Shown piece after piece: positions 1 through 9,531 of a stretch of 50,586 nucleotides of DNA. The translations under genes were made by a program, and so were the position numbers. How positions within the stretch are numbered: position 1 is the stretch's first letter; every line of letters begins with the position of its first letter. Where the stretch lies: NCBI GenBank assembly GCA_041666065.1, contig JBAYHQ010000001.1, forward strand, positions 1-50,586, in the 5' to 3' direction. Source of the DNA: Minisyncoccota bacterium (GTDB taxonomy: Bacteria > Patescibacteriota > Minisyncoccia > Phycocordibacterales > Phycocordibacteraceae). Below the pieces are notes generated by a model, which was not told the origin of the DNA, ran no database searches, and was given only the letters and a program-made list of their open reading frames with translations.

Positions 1-1728
1 GCCCGACTTCAATAGGCGGAGTTGGTAGGCGTCGTAGGCTATAGACGCGCCGCCGAGATCGGCGATGTTTTCGCCAAGTGTGAGCTGACCGTTCACCGTA
101 AGACCGTCGGCAACGGTGTAGGCATTGAACTGCTTCACGAGCACGCGCGACTTCTTCTCAAAACGGGCTCGGTCCTGTGTCTGCCACCATGTCTTTCTGT
201 TGCCCTTGCCGTCAAACTTGGAGCCCTGATCGTCAAAGCCGTGGGTAATCTCATGCCCGATGACTGAGCCCATCGCACCATAATTCACCGCGTCGTCTGA
301 GTCGGCAGAGAAGAACGGGGGTTGCAGGATCGCAGCAGGGAAGACGATGTCGTTCAAACCGAAGCTGTAGTACGCGTTGACGGTCTGCGGGCTCATGAAC
401 CATTCCTTGCGGTCTACCGGCTTCTTGAGGCGGCGCATCGCGCGCGAGTGTTCAAAGAGTGATGCGCGTATCGCGTTGCCGAAGTAGTCGTCGGGCAGTA
501 TCTCTAGGCTCGCGTAGCTCTTCCACTTGTCGGGGTAGCCGAGCTTGCGATTGATCGCGTGGAGTTTCTGCAGAGCCTTCTTCTTCGTGGCAGGAGTCAT
601 CCAATCCAAGTGCTTGATCCTGGCGGCGTACGCTTCAAAGAGATCCTCCACCAGTACGACTATCTTCCGCTTCGCTGCAGGGCCGAAGTACTCCTGCACG
701 TAGAGTTTACCGAGGAGCTCGCTCAGATTGCCGTTTACCGACCGGAGCGCTCTGCGCCACGCCGGCTTCATAGTCTGTACTCCCGACAGCACCGTGCCGT
801 AGAAGGCGAAGCTCTGCTTCTCAAACTTCGCTGTCAGGTGGCTTGCGGCGCCGCCCGCCAGATGCCACGTGAGGTAGGTCTTCCAATCCTCAACAGGTTC
901 TTTCGTGAGTAGAGTATTGAGTGCCTTGAAGAACGCTGGCTGCATGACGACAACAGTACGTGTGCCGCCGGCACCGATCGTCTTGAAGAAAGACTTCCAG
1001 TCCACGTGCGGCATAAGCTTCGCAAGCGCCGAGACCTGCATGGGGTGGTAGGTCTTGTCTACGTCCCGCAAATCCTCCTTCGTCATAGACACCTTTGCGA
1101 TGGCGGTTTCTATGCGCATGACTGTTCCGCTCGCACGCTTCGCTTCGGCTGTCGTCTTACCGAGGAGCTCAAAGATCGCCTTCACATGCTTCGCGTACGC
1201 GGTGCGGACGCGTACCGACTCAGCATCGTTTTTCAGGTAGTAATCGCGGTCGGGCATACCGAGCCCGCTCTGGTGCAGGTAGAGCACGTACTTCTCGCTG
1301 TTCTTCATGTCTTGGTCAATCATGACGCCCCATGGGCCGCCGCCTCCGATACGTTCAAACTGCGCGAATGCCGCGACGAGCGAGCGCAGGTCTCGGACCT
1401 TCTCAATGCGTGCGAGCCACGGCGCAAGCGGTTTTGCACCAAGCGCGTTGCGTTGCTTCATGTTGAGTCCTGAAAGGTAGAAGTCGCGTACCTTCTGTTC
1501 GGGGCTGCCGTGCGCAAGGCGTTTCTGCTTCGCGAGTTTGGTCACTATGGCGCGGAGTTTCTTCTCAGTGTCATAACGGAGCATGAGAAATGCGCCCCAG
1601 TGCGACTCGTGCGGAGGGATAGGATTCTTCGCGAGCCACCCTCCGTTTACATGACGATAGAAATCGTCCTGCGGCCGCACCTTCGCATCTATATCGCGCA
1701 CATCAAATCCCCATCCGTTTTTCTTCAT
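1..1728 (-). CDS. M13 family (neprilysin/PepO-like) zinc metallopeptidase, C-terminus cut by window edge
   Basis: This - strand frame runs off the window start, so it is absent from the ORF track. Hand translation from the ATG at 1728 gives MKKNGWGFDVRDIDAKVRPQDDFYRHVNGGW. HEITHGFDDQG (HExxH at 241-255) and GENIADLGG (49-75) are M13 signatures. The + strand ORFs listed here are shadows. Confidence 0.85.
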   Translation of the reverse strand, partial: MKKNGWGFDVRDIDAKVRPQDDFYRHVNGGWLAKNPIPPHESHWGAFLMLRYDTEKKLRAIVTKLAKQKRLAHGSPEQKVRDFYLSGLNMKQRNALGAKPLAPWLARIEKVRDLRSLVAAFAQFERIGGGGPWGVMIDQDMKNSEKYVLYLHQSGLGMPDRDYYLKNDAESVRVRTAYAKHVKAIFELLGKTTAEAKRASGTVMRIETAIAKVSMTKEDLRDVDKTYHPMQVSALAKLMPHVDWKSFFKTIGAGGTRTVVVMQPAFFKALNTLLTKEPVEDWKTYLTWHLAGGAASHLTAKFEKQSFAFYGTVLSGVQTMKPAWRRALRSVNGNLSELLGKLYVQEYFGPAAKRKIVVLVEDLFEAYAARIKHLDWMTPATKKKALQKLHAINRKLGYPDKWKSYASLEILPDDYFGNAIRASLFEHSRAMRRLKKPVDRKEWFMSPQTVNAYYSFGLNDIVFPAAILQPPFFSADSDDAVNYGAMGSVIGHEITHGFDDQGSKFDGKGNRKTWWQTQDRARFEKKSRVLVKQFNAYTVADGLTVNGQLTLGENIADLGGASIAYDAYQLRLLKSG

Positions 1729-1775
1729 GAGGCAATAGTATATGAATCTCTTGTCTCGTGCTATCTTTTTCCCAT

Positions 1776-3665
1776 ATGACTGTATCTGAAGTACGCAGGC
1801 GTTACTTAGATTTCTTCGCGAAGCGCGGGCACGCGATTATCCCCTCCGCGGCTATCGTGCCGGAGAACGACCCGACCACGCTTTTCACCAGCAGCGGTAT
1901 GCAGCCCTTGGTGCCGTATCTGCTTGGTCAGCCGCACCCAGAGGGCGCGCGGCTTGCCGACTCGCAGATGAGCTTCCGCGCCGAAGACATAGAAGAGGTC
2001 GGCGACAACCGCCACACGACATTCTTTGAGATGCTTGGCAACTGGTCGCTTGGCGATTATTTCAAGCAGGAACAGCTCCCGTGGGTGTTTGAGTTCCTCA
2101 CGAGCACGGAAGAGGGTCTCGGCCTCAATCCGCAGAACCTCTACGTGACCGTCTTCGGCGGCGACGAAGAGAGCGGTATGGAGGCCGACAATGAGTCGGT
2201 TGAGATCTGGAAAAAGCTTTTCAGCGAGAAGGGTATGGAGGCGAAATTCGTAGCACTCGGCACCGAGGAGCGGGGCAACGAGCTCGGCATGCAGGGTGGC
2301 CGGATCTTCTCGTTTGGTGCACGAAAGAATTGGTGGAGCCGCGCTGGCGTGCCTACCAAGATGCCTGCGGGAGAGATAGGCGGGCCAGACTCAGAGGTCT
2401 TCTACGACTTCGGCCTGCCGCACAACACCGCCTTCGGCCCTGAGTGTCACCCCAACTGCGACTGCGGGCGCTTCATAGAGATAGGGAACTCGGTCTTCAT
2501 GCAGTTCATCAAGCAGGAGGACGGCACCTTCAAGGAATTGCCGAAGCGCAACGTGGACTTCGGCGGCGGGTTGGAGCGCCTTGCCGGCCCGACTATCGGG
2601 ACTCCTGACATTTTCATGATTGATATTTTTGATGCTGCGCGCATCGTTCTTGAGAAGCGTTCAGGAAAATCCTACAGCGACGCTGCGGCGACGCGCTCGT
2701 TCCGCATCGTTCTGGACCATATGCGCGCGGCTTCCTTCATGCTCGCAAGCGGCATACGCCCCGCGAACTCCGAACAGGGGTACGTGCTCCGCCGTCTTAT
2801 CCGCCGTGCTATCCGCGAAGCGGACAAGCTCGGCATCAGGGAGGCAGTGCTCGCGGAGGTTGCCGAAGGATTCGGCGCGGCATACGCGGGCGCGTATCCG
2901 TTTGTGCAAAACGCTGCACAGACCATTCGCGAAGAGCTAGAGAAAGAAGAGGCGCAATTTAGGAAGACCCTTTCACACGGTATGAAGGAGTTGGAGAAGA
3001 TGGGGAATGATGTGGATGCCTTCATGCTCTTCACTACGTACGGCTTCCCAGTAGAGCTCACCGAGGAAATCGCGAAGGAACGCGGCATCACGCTTGATAT
3101 GGAGGCGGTGAAAGCAAAAATGGAGGAGCATCAGGCGCTCTCACGCGCGGGCGCTGCACAGAAGTTCGCCGGAGGGCTCGCCGATCAGGCCGAGCAGACC
3201 GTGCGCTATCACACGGCGCACCACCTCCTCCTCAAGGCGCTCCAGAAAGTGCTTGGGCCAGACGTGCACCAGCGAGGGAGCAACATCACAAGCGAGCGTC
3301 TGCGTATAGACTTCTCCTACGGAGCCAAGATGACTGACGAACAGAAGGCAGAGGTTGAGAGAATCGTGAACGAGAAGATACAAGAGGAGCTGCCGGTCAC
3401 GCGCTCGGTGATGGATAAGGCGGAGGCAGAGAAGCTTGGCGCGGAGCGCGAGTTCGGCGCGAACTATCCGGAGCAGGTAAGCGTGTACTCGGTAGGACCC
3501 AAAGACGCGACTCAGGAGGACCCGAAGTTTGCCGAAGCATTCTCCATAGAGTTCTGTGGCGGCCCGCACGTGTCCAACACACGCGAGCTTGCAGGCACAT
3601 TTAAGATACTGAAAGAGGAAGCCTCCTCCGCTGGCGTCCGTCGCATTAAGGCAATATTGCAGTAA
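1776..3665 (+). CDS. alaS: alanine--tRNA ligase, short form ending right after the editing domain
   Basis: The N-terminus MTVSEVRRRYLDFFAKRGH and FTSSGM, DNRHTTFFEMLGNWS are class II AlaRS core motifs. Editing-domain motifs HTAHHLL and CGGPHV are present. The start was moved to the ATG at 1776. Confidence 0.9.
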   Translation: MTVSEVRRRYLDFFAKRGHAIIPSAAIVPENDPTTLFTSSGMQPLVPYLLGQPHPEGARLADSQMSFRAEDIEEVGDNRHTTFFEMLGNWSLGDYFKQEQLPWVFEFLTSTEEGLGLNPQNLYVTVFGGDEESGMEADNESVEIWKKLFSEKGMEAKFVALGTEERGNELGMQGGRIFSFGARKNWWSRAGVPTKMPAGEIGGPDSEVFYDFGLPHNTAFGPECHPNCDCGRFIEIGNSVFMQFIKQEDGTFKELPKRNVDFGGGLERLAGPTIGTPDIFMIDIFDAARIVLEKRSGKSYSDAAATRSFRIVLDHMRAASFMLASGIRPANSEQGYVLRRLIRRAIREADKLGIREAVLAEVAEGFGAAYAGAYPFVQNAAQTIREELEKEEAQFRKTLSHGMKELEKMGNDVDAFMLFTTYGFPVELTEEIAKERGITLDMEAVKAKMEEHQALSRAGAAQKFAGGLADQAEQTVRYHTAHHLLLKALQKVLGPDVHQRGSNITSERLRIDFSYGAKMTDEQKAEVERIVNEKIQEELPVTRSVMDKAEAEKLGAEREFGANYPEQVSVYSVGPKDATQEDPKFAEAFSIEFCGGPHVSNTRELAGTFKILKEEASSAGVRRIKAILQ

Positions 3666-3731
3666 GGCTTACTTGTTGTATATTCACAGCGGGGTTCACT
3701 GGCAATTCAATCAGACCAAAGGGGGTTCGAG

Positions 3732-4181
3732 GTGGAAAATATACGAAAAGTCGTAACTGAACACAGCCTTTTCGCCATCATGGCGCAGGCAATGGTGGCG
3801 GGACTTCTCACCGTCCTCAATACCGTCCTCAATCAGGTTCAGGACACAGGGAGGATGCTCGTCATTGTCATGCTAGTCGGCGTCATGGCGCGACTTATGG
3901 TGATGCCACCGCAGAATGAGAAAGACGAAGGCTTCTGGCGCGGTATGATGGTTTTGACACTAGGCTACGTGGCATACCAAACCGCGTATGGTTCAGGCCA
4001 TACGCCGCAAGCCTACTTCTGGGTGGCGACCGTTTTCCTGTGGGGACTGGTCCTTGCGGATGCGTTCAACAAGAGCTTGTGGGTCAAACGGGGGAAAGTC
4101 CCCATACCACTCTTTCTCATCTTGGCGGTGCCGCAACTCGGGCTTGCCGTCGCGACCGCCCACGTCGTGGGGCTTATCTGA
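3732..4181 (+). CDS. hypothetical multi-pass membrane protein
   Basis: The ORF has a GTG start preceded by AAAGGGGG. The product contains about four hydrophobic helices, and I recognise no family motif. Confidence 0.5.
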   Translation: MENIRKVVTEHSLFAIMAQAMVAGLLTVLNTVLNQVQDTGRMLVIVMLVGVMARLMVMPPQNEKDEGFWRGMMVLTLGYVAYQTAYGSGHTPQAYFWVATVFLWGLVLADAFNKSLWVKRGKVPIPLFLILAVPQLGLAVATAHVVGLI

Positions 4182-4203
4182 AAGGAGGGGAGGAATAAAA
4201 GAA

Positions 4204-4250
4204 GGCGCGCGCACTTGTCGTTGGTAGACATGAGCGCGCGTTTTTGCTTT
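4204..4250 (+). terminator. candidate intrinsic terminator
   Basis: A GC-only stem (GCGCGC...GCGCGC) is followed by TTTTTGCTTTT downstream of the 3732-4181 ORF. The loop is large, so the call is tentative. Confidence 0.4.
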
Positions 4251-4272
4251 TGATGATGTTAAAATAAAAAGG

Positions 4273-5331
4273 ATGAGTTTTCTTGAAAACTTTTTTCCTA
4301 CAAAGAAAGTAGCGGAATCGGTCGTGCTGATTGACGTCGGCGAAGAGTCCGTCGCGGGTGCGTATGCTCGGTGCGAACGCGGCAAGACGCCGGTTATCGT
4401 CTACACGCGCAGCGTCCCGATCAGGCGCAGGCAGTTAGAGTCGCTTGATATCGCTATGCTTCGTGCACTCAGGGCGCTTGGAGACCGGTTGGTGCGCGAA
4501 GGCGCGCCTGCGCTCGCTCGTGCCACAGGGAGCGGGGCTATCTCGCGGGTGCTCGTCTCGGTAGACGCGCCGTGGCAGGAGTCCACTATACGCACGGAGC
4601 ACTTTGAGGACAGCGGACCGTTTGTCTGCACCCGCGAGCTTGCGGAGAGGAGGCTGGGAGACATGCGGGAGGCGGTGGGTGAGATGCTAGACATGACGCT
4701 CACCGACCAGAGCATCGTGGGTGCGGTGTTAAACGGCTACGAGACGCGCGAGCCTTATGACAAGAAGGCGAGCCGCGCCTCGCTCACCGTACTCTCCTCG
4801 CTCGTTATCCGAGACATCGCGGAGAGCATCACGACGCTTCTTGAGGGTCTGTATCACACGAAAGACGTGGAGCTCATATCGGGCAGTTCGCTGCGGTATC
4901 AGGTCATGAGCCGACTCTTCCCGCACGAACGCGACGCGCTCATCGTAGACGCGACCGCGAGCTCGCTCACGTCTGTAGGTCTTATGCGCAAGGGCGTGCT
5001 CGCTGCGCTACTGCAAGTGTCGGTGCCCGACGATGTTTCCGGGTGGCTTACTGCGCTGCAAGGAGAGCTCGCGGAGATGTCTAAGCACTATGCGCTACCG
5101 AGTATGGTGTTCCTGCTTGCTCGCGAACCAGCTGCTCCGGAGCTGCGGCGTGCACTTGAGACTGCTCGCCTCGGAGTCTCCCGACCGACGAAGGATACGC
5201 CGAAGATAGTACTGGTGACACGGAGCAATATCGGCGGGGCAGTACGCCACCGAGAGGCGCACGAGGCTGATATTTCCATATTGTTTATGGCGCTCTACCT
5301 CGGACACCGCGGTACGGGCATCTCTCTGTAA
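4273..5331 (+). CDS. hypothetical protein (possible actin-like/PilM-FtsA-like fold, weak)
   Basis: This is a 352-aa ORF. The N-terminal VVLIDVGEESVAGAY resembles the phosphate-1 strand of ASKHA ATPases, with no further motif support. Confidence 0.55.
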   Translation: MSFLENFFPTKKVAESVVLIDVGEESVAGAYARCERGKTPVIVYTRSVPIRRRQLESLDIAMLRALRALGDRLVREGAPALARATGSGAISRVLVSVDAPWQESTIRTEHFEDSGPFVCTRELAERRLGDMREAVGEMLDMTLTDQSIVGAVLNGYETREPYDKKASRASLTVLSSLVIRDIAESITTLLEGLYHTKDVELISGSSLRYQVMSRLFPHERDALIVDATASSLTSVGLMRKGVLAALLQVSVPDDVSGWLTALQGELAEMSKHYALPSMVFLLAREPAAPELRRALETARLGVSRPTKDTPKIVLVTRSNIGGAVRHREAHEADISILFMALYLGHRGTGISL

Positions 5332-5383
5332 TACACACGGGCGCCCACTCGTGCTTGGAGCAGGGGGTGTATACTACCCCCAT

Positions 5384-6592
5384 ATGCGCACCATACAAGA
5401 CATCATGCCGCCGTCCCGTCGGAAAGATACGGAACCAGCTCGTAGCGAGTCAGCACATCACACGCCTTCGCACGGGAGGTCGTCCAAGTTCCCTTACGGG
5501 ACGCTCATTACTATCGTGCTTGTCATCGCTGCCTCGGTCGGGGCGCTCTACTATTTCTCAAGCGCCAAGATAGAGGTTATCCCGAACACGGTCTCTGCCG
5601 CGGTGCAGAACTCGTTTACTGCGAACCAGAGCACCGGCGACCTGCCGTACGAACTTATCACGGCGCAGAAGATAGCCTCGCAAAGCGTCAAGAGCACCGG
5701 CACGAAGACTGTCAGCTCTTCTGCGAGCGGTACTATCACTATCTACAACACGCAGGCGAAGACGCAGAAGCTCATCAACAATACCCGTTTCGCTACCACA
5801 GCGGGGCTTATCTTCCGTATCCACGAGGCGGTTAGCATCCCTGCAGGAAGCTCGGCGAAGCCGGGGAGCGTGACCGCGAAGGTCTACGCAGACAAGGTGG
5901 GCGACACTTACAATGTCGGCCCGACCTCGTTCACTATCCCTGGTTTCGCGGGTACGCCGCAGGCCTCGCAGGTGTACGCGCGCTCCTCTAAGGCCATGAC
6001 TGGCGGAGCATCGGGCACGGTGCCGGTAGTAGACGCGTCTGCCGAGAATCAGGCGCGCACCTCGCTCGCGAACGCACTCGCTCCAGAGCTCTCCGCAAGC
6101 CTTGAAAGCCAGATCCCAGAGGGCTACGTGCTACTCTCCGGAGCGGCTACGACGACTTTCCAAGAACTCGCTTCCGCGCCGTCTGAGACTACCGGCATGG
6201 TAGACGTGAAAGAGCAGGGCACTATCACTGCGGTCGTCTTCCCCAAGACGGCGCTCGCCAAGGCAGTCGCCGCCTCTGTAGCTGGGCTGAGCTACCAAGG
6301 CGAGCCTATGACACTCCTACCGGCGACCAACCTGAAGCTCTCGGCGACGAGTCTCCCTGAGCCTGACGCGAAGTCGTTTGCCTTTACCCTCGCTGGCACA
6401 GCCGCGCTCTCCTACACGATAGATCCTACGCGGATTGCCGCCGCCGTGGCGGGGAAGACTCGTTCCGCAGCAGAAGTTGCACTGACAAATTACCCTGAAG
6501 TCAAGAGGGCGATCATCATCCTGCGGCCGTTCTGGAGGCAGGCTTTCCCTCAGGATCCGTCCACCATAGACATCGTGGTGAGCAATCCCTAG
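5384..6592 (+). CDS. membrane-anchored extracytoplasmic protein, unknown function
   Basis: The ATG at 5384 gives MRTIQDIMPP. A single N-terminal TM helix (LITIVLVIAASVGALYYF) is followed by a long Ser/Thr/Ala-rich beta-type region. Confidence 0.6.
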   Translation: MRTIQDIMPPSRRKDTEPARSESAHHTPSHGRSSKFPYGTLITIVLVIAASVGALYYFSSAKIEVIPNTVSAAVQNSFTANQSTGDLPYELITAQKIASQSVKSTGTKTVSSSASGTITIYNTQAKTQKLINNTRFATTAGLIFRIHEAVSIPAGSSAKPGSVTAKVYADKVGDTYNVGPTSFTIPGFAGTPQASQVYARSSKAMTGGASGTVPVVDASAENQARTSLANALAPELSASLESQIPEGYVLLSGAATTTFQELASAPSETTGMVDVKEQGTITAVVFPKTALAKAVAASVAGLSYQGEPMTLLPATNLKLSATSLPEPDAKSFAFTLAGTAALSYTIDPTRIAAAVAGKTRSAAEVALTNYPEVKRAIIILRPFWRQAFPQDPSTIDIVVSNP

Positions 6593-6599
6593 CATATAT

Positions 6600-6628
6600 T
6601 TGACGGTTTTAGCGACACCTGCTAGATT
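6600..6628 (+). promoter_or_regulatory. sigma70-like promoter for the infA/r-protein operon
   Basis: TTGACG (6600-6605), a 17-nt spacer and TAGATT (6623-6628) lie directly upstream of infA. Confidence 0.5.
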
Positions 6629-6656
6629 ATAGGAGTACCTGCATGGCGATTCATAA

Positions 6657-6896
6657 ATGAGCGAAGGCGAAGATACCAAGACGACGACGGCTGGGTCCGT
6701 CGAAGAAGTATTGCCAAATTCGCTTTTTCGCGTTCGGCTTCCTGCCAAGGAGGACGGGAGTGAGGGAGAACTTATTCTCGCTTACCTCGCAGGGAAAATG
6801 CGTTTGCACCGAATCCGCGTCCTCGTCGGCGATCAGGTAGACATGGTGCTAGACCCGTACGGCGGGCGCGCAAGAATCGTGCGTCGATTAACGTAA
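6657..6896 (+). CDS. infA: translation initiation factor IF-1
   Basis: [14 protein letters not shown]...[37 protein letters not shown] is the S1-like IF-1 fold sequence. Confidence 0.9.
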   Translation: MSEGEDTKTTTAGSVEEVLPNSLFRVRLPAKEDGSEGELILAYLAGKMRLHRIRVLVGDQVDMVLDPYGGRARIVRRLT

Positions 6897-6918
6897 TAAA
6901 CACTTAGAGATATCTACG

Positions 6919-7035
6919 ATGAAAGTCCGTGCCTCCATCAGAGTTCAGCAGACAGGAGACCAGCTCGTACGCCGAGGTGGACGGCTGTATCGTATCAACA
7001 AGAAGAACCCGCGTCGTAAGGCGCGCCAAGGGTAG
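6919..7035 (+). CDS. rpmJ: 50S ribosomal protein L36
   Basis: Too short for the ORF track. Hand translation gives [38 protein letters not shown] (38 aa), in the canonical position between infA and rpsM. Confidence 0.85.
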   Translation: MKVRASIRVQQTGDQLVRRGGRLYRINKKNPRRKARQG

Positions 7036-7082
7036 TCAGTATTTTCATAATTCTTAATTCTAAACTCTTAATTCTGAATCAT

Positions 7083-7463
7083 ATGCGTATCGCCGGAGTC
7101 ACCATCCCAGATAACAAGCAGCTCGCGTACTCGCTACCGATCATCTTCGGTATTGGTCCGACGCGCGCGAAAGATATCTTGAAGGCTGCGGGTATTCCGG
7201 AGAACAAGAAGGGGGGCGAGCTTACTGCCGAAGAGGAGCAGAAGATCCGCTCGCTCTCAGAGGCGTACCTCATAGAAGGCGAGCTGCGCCGCGAGATCGG
7301 TCAGAACATCAAGCGTCTGAAGGACATCCGTTCGTATCGCGGCGAGCGCCACTCGCGCGGTCTCCCCGTGCGCGGCCAGCGCACCTCTACGAACTCGCGC
7401 ACGCGTCGCGGGAACGTGCGCAAGACGATGACCTCTGGTCGCCGTACGCTTGAGAAGACGTAA
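7083..7463 (+). CDS. rpsM: 30S ribosomal protein S13
   Basis: MRIAGVTIPDNKQ...RSYRGERHSRGLPVRGQRTSTNSRTRRG is a typical S13 sequence. Confidence 0.95.
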   Translation: MRIAGVTIPDNKQLAYSLPIIFGIGPTRAKDILKAAGIPENKKGGELTAEEEQKIRSLSEAYLIEGELRREIGQNIKRLKDIRSYRGERHSRGLPVRGQRTSTNSRTRRGNVRKTMTSGRRTLEKT

Positions 7464-7486
7464 TCAACTGATCACTTTTATTTACT

Positions 7487-7921
7487 ATGGGAAAGAAACG
7501 AATCATCAAGAAGAGCGGGAAAGGCATGGATCAGGGCCGCAAGGAGCGTGCTCTGGGTAAGGCCACCAAGCGTCACCTGGAGAAGGGCGTGCTTCACATT
7601 GAAGCTACCTTCAACAACACCAAGGCTGTCGTTACCGACGAGAAGGGCAACGCAGTGATCTCCTCTTCGGCTGGCGCGCTCGGTTTCGCCGGTGCTCGCA
7701 AGTCCACACCGTATGCAGCGGCTAAGGTGGGCGAGTTCCTCGGCGAGAAGGGTATCATGATCGGTCTCAAGGAAGCCTCGGTGGTGATCCGCGGTGTCGG
7801 TGCCGGTCGCGAGTCGGTGCTCCGCGCCTTCTCCGGCAAGGGCATACAGATAAAGTCCATTAAGGACGTTACTCCGGTGCCGCACAACGGTCCGCGCCCG
7901 CCGAAGCCTCGTCGCATCTAA
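7487..7921 (+). CDS. rpsK: 30S ribosomal protein S11
   Basis: GVLHIEATFNNT...GARKSTPYAA...IKDVTPVPHNGPRPPKPRRI is a typical S11 sequence. Confidence 0.95.
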   Translation: MGKKRIIKKSGKGMDQGRKERALGKATKRHLEKGVLHIEATFNNTKAVVTDEKGNAVISSSAGALGFAGARKSTPYAAAKVGEFLGEKGIMIGLKEASVVIRGVGAGRESVLRAFSGKGIQIKSIKDVTPVPHNGPRPPKPRRI

Positions 7922-7932
7922 TATTTCCATAT

Positions 7933-8544
7933 ATGAAAACTGGACCACGATACAAAATAGCGAAGCGCCTCGGCGCGACCGTCTTTGAGAAAGCGCAAAC
8001 GCAGAAGTTTGCTATTTCTGCTGAGCGCTCCGCGAAGAACAAGAAGCGCAGCCGCGGGCGCCAAAGCGAGTACGGCAAGCAGATGCTGGAGAAGCAGAAG
8101 GTGCGCGTGACCTACGGCCTCACCGAGAAGCAGTTCCGCAACTACGTGAAGAAGGCCCTTGCCGCCCACTCGTCAAAGCCGTCTGACCGCCTCCACGAGC
8201 TCCTTGAGCTCCGCTTGGACAATGTCATCTGGCGCCTCGGCCTCGTGGCGACGCGTCGCGCCGCTCGCCAGATGGTCTCGCACGGTCACGTTCTGGTGGC
8301 GGGCAAGAAGACGCGTATCCCGTCGTACGCGCTTTCGGTGGGCGACGTGATAAGCGTGCGCGAGGGCTCTAAGGAGCACGGGACGCTCGTCGGGTTCGCA
8401 GACCGCTTCGCGGACCGCAAGCTCCCGTCGTGGCTCTCGTGGAACCCGAAGTCCATGGACGGCAGCGTGCTGGAGCGGCCGACGTCGGCCTCGGCAGACG
8501 TGGCAGGCGACCTCGTGTCGGTGCTCTCGTTCTACACGAGATAA
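7933..8544 (+). CDS. rpsD: 30S ribosomal protein S4
   Basis: PRYKIAKRLG...RLDNVIWRLGLVATRRAARQMVSHGHVLV contains the S4 domain. Confidence 0.95.
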   Translation: MKTGPRYKIAKRLGATVFEKAQTQKFAISAERSAKNKKRSRGRQSEYGKQMLEKQKVRVTYGLTEKQFRNYVKKALAAHSSKPSDRLHELLELRLDNVIWRLGLVATRRAARQMVSHGHVLVAGKKTRIPSYALSVGDVISVREGSKEHGTLVGFADRFADRKLPSWLSWNPKSMDGSVLERPTSASADVAGDLVSVLSFYTR

Positions 8545-8578
8545 TTTTTAGTTATTAATTGGTAATTACGATTGCGTT

Positions 8579-9520
8579 ATGGAATACCACATCACACTTC
8601 CAAGTAAGCCCCGTGTCGTCTCTGAAGAGGGAATGCAGGGCGTTTATGAAATAGATTCGCTGTACCCAGGGTACGGCCACACACTCGGCAACTCGCTTCG
8701 CCGTATCGTGCTCTCCTCGCTCCCAGGGGCGACTGTCACACAGGTCAAGATAGACGGTGTACCACACGAGTTCGCTACCGTGGACGGTGCGCGCGAGACG
8801 GTCATGGAGATTATCCTTAACCTCAAGCGTGTCCACTTCGTGCTGCACGGTGCAGAATCGCAGACCATCTCGCTTTCAGCGAAGGGTTCAGGCGAAGTCA
8901 CCGCAAAGGATTTCAAGCTCCCCAGCCAAGTAGAGATCAAGAATCCGGAACAACACATCGCTGACCTCTCCGGTAAGGCGTCGCTTGAGATTGAGGCTAC
9001 GATTGAGCGCGGACTCGGCTACGTGCCGCGCGAGGCGCTCACCAAGGAGAAGGTAGATATCGGCACGATCGCGCTTGATGCGACCTTCACTCCTATCCGC
9101 CGCGTGAACTACGAGGTGGAGAACATGCGCGTCGGCGACCGTACCGACTTCAACCGCCTGCGCATCCTGATTGAGACCAACGGCACTATCACGCCGCGCG
9201 AAGCGCTGGAGCAGTCTATAGAGACGATGATCCACCAGCTCAAGGCCGTGATCGGCTTCCAAGAGAGCGCACCGGCTGCAAGCGAATCATCTTCCAAGAA
9301 GGAGGAGGGAGCGATTGATGTTGCTAAGGTGAAGATCGCCGACCTAGGGCTCTCGGCACGCATCACAAGCGCGCTTGAAGAGGCGGGCATCAAGAGCGCC
9401 GCGGGTCTCGCACGGAAGACCGCAAGCACGCTCTTGGAGCTTGACGGTATTGGCGAGAAGGCGATTGAGGAGATCTCTGGCGCGCTCGCTGGCCTAGGAC
9501 TCACACTCAAGAGCGAATAA
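8579..9520 (+). CDS. rpoA: DNA-directed RNA polymerase subunit alpha
   Basis: GYGHTLGNSLRRIVLSSLPGA is the N-terminal-domain motif, and the C-terminal helix-hairpin-helix is LSARITSALEEAGIKSAAGL. The gene sits in the alpha-operon position. Confidence 0.95.
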   Translation: MEYHITLPSKPRVVSEEGMQGVYEIDSLYPGYGHTLGNSLRRIVLSSLPGATVTQVKIDGVPHEFATVDGARETVMEIILNLKRVHFVLHGAESQTISLSAKGSGEVTAKDFKLPSQVEIKNPEQHIADLSGKASLEIEATIERGLGYVPREALTKEKVDIGTIALDATFTPIRRVNYEVENMRVGDRTDFNRLRILIETNGTITPREALEQSIETMIHQLKAVIGFQESAPAASESSSKKEEGAIDVAKVKIADLGLSARITSALEEAGIKSAAGLARKTASTLLELDGIGEKAIEEISGALAGLGLTLKSE

Positions 9521-9531
9521 TAACTACTTGT

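Noticed and set aside
22-1779. Several + strand ORFs of 61-155 aa in the first 1.8 kb.
   Set aside because: They lie antisense to a continuous - strand frame with clear M13 peptidase motifs (HEITH, GENIADLGG). Their products are Arg/Leu-rich low-complexity, typical of shadow ORFs in GC-rich DNA.
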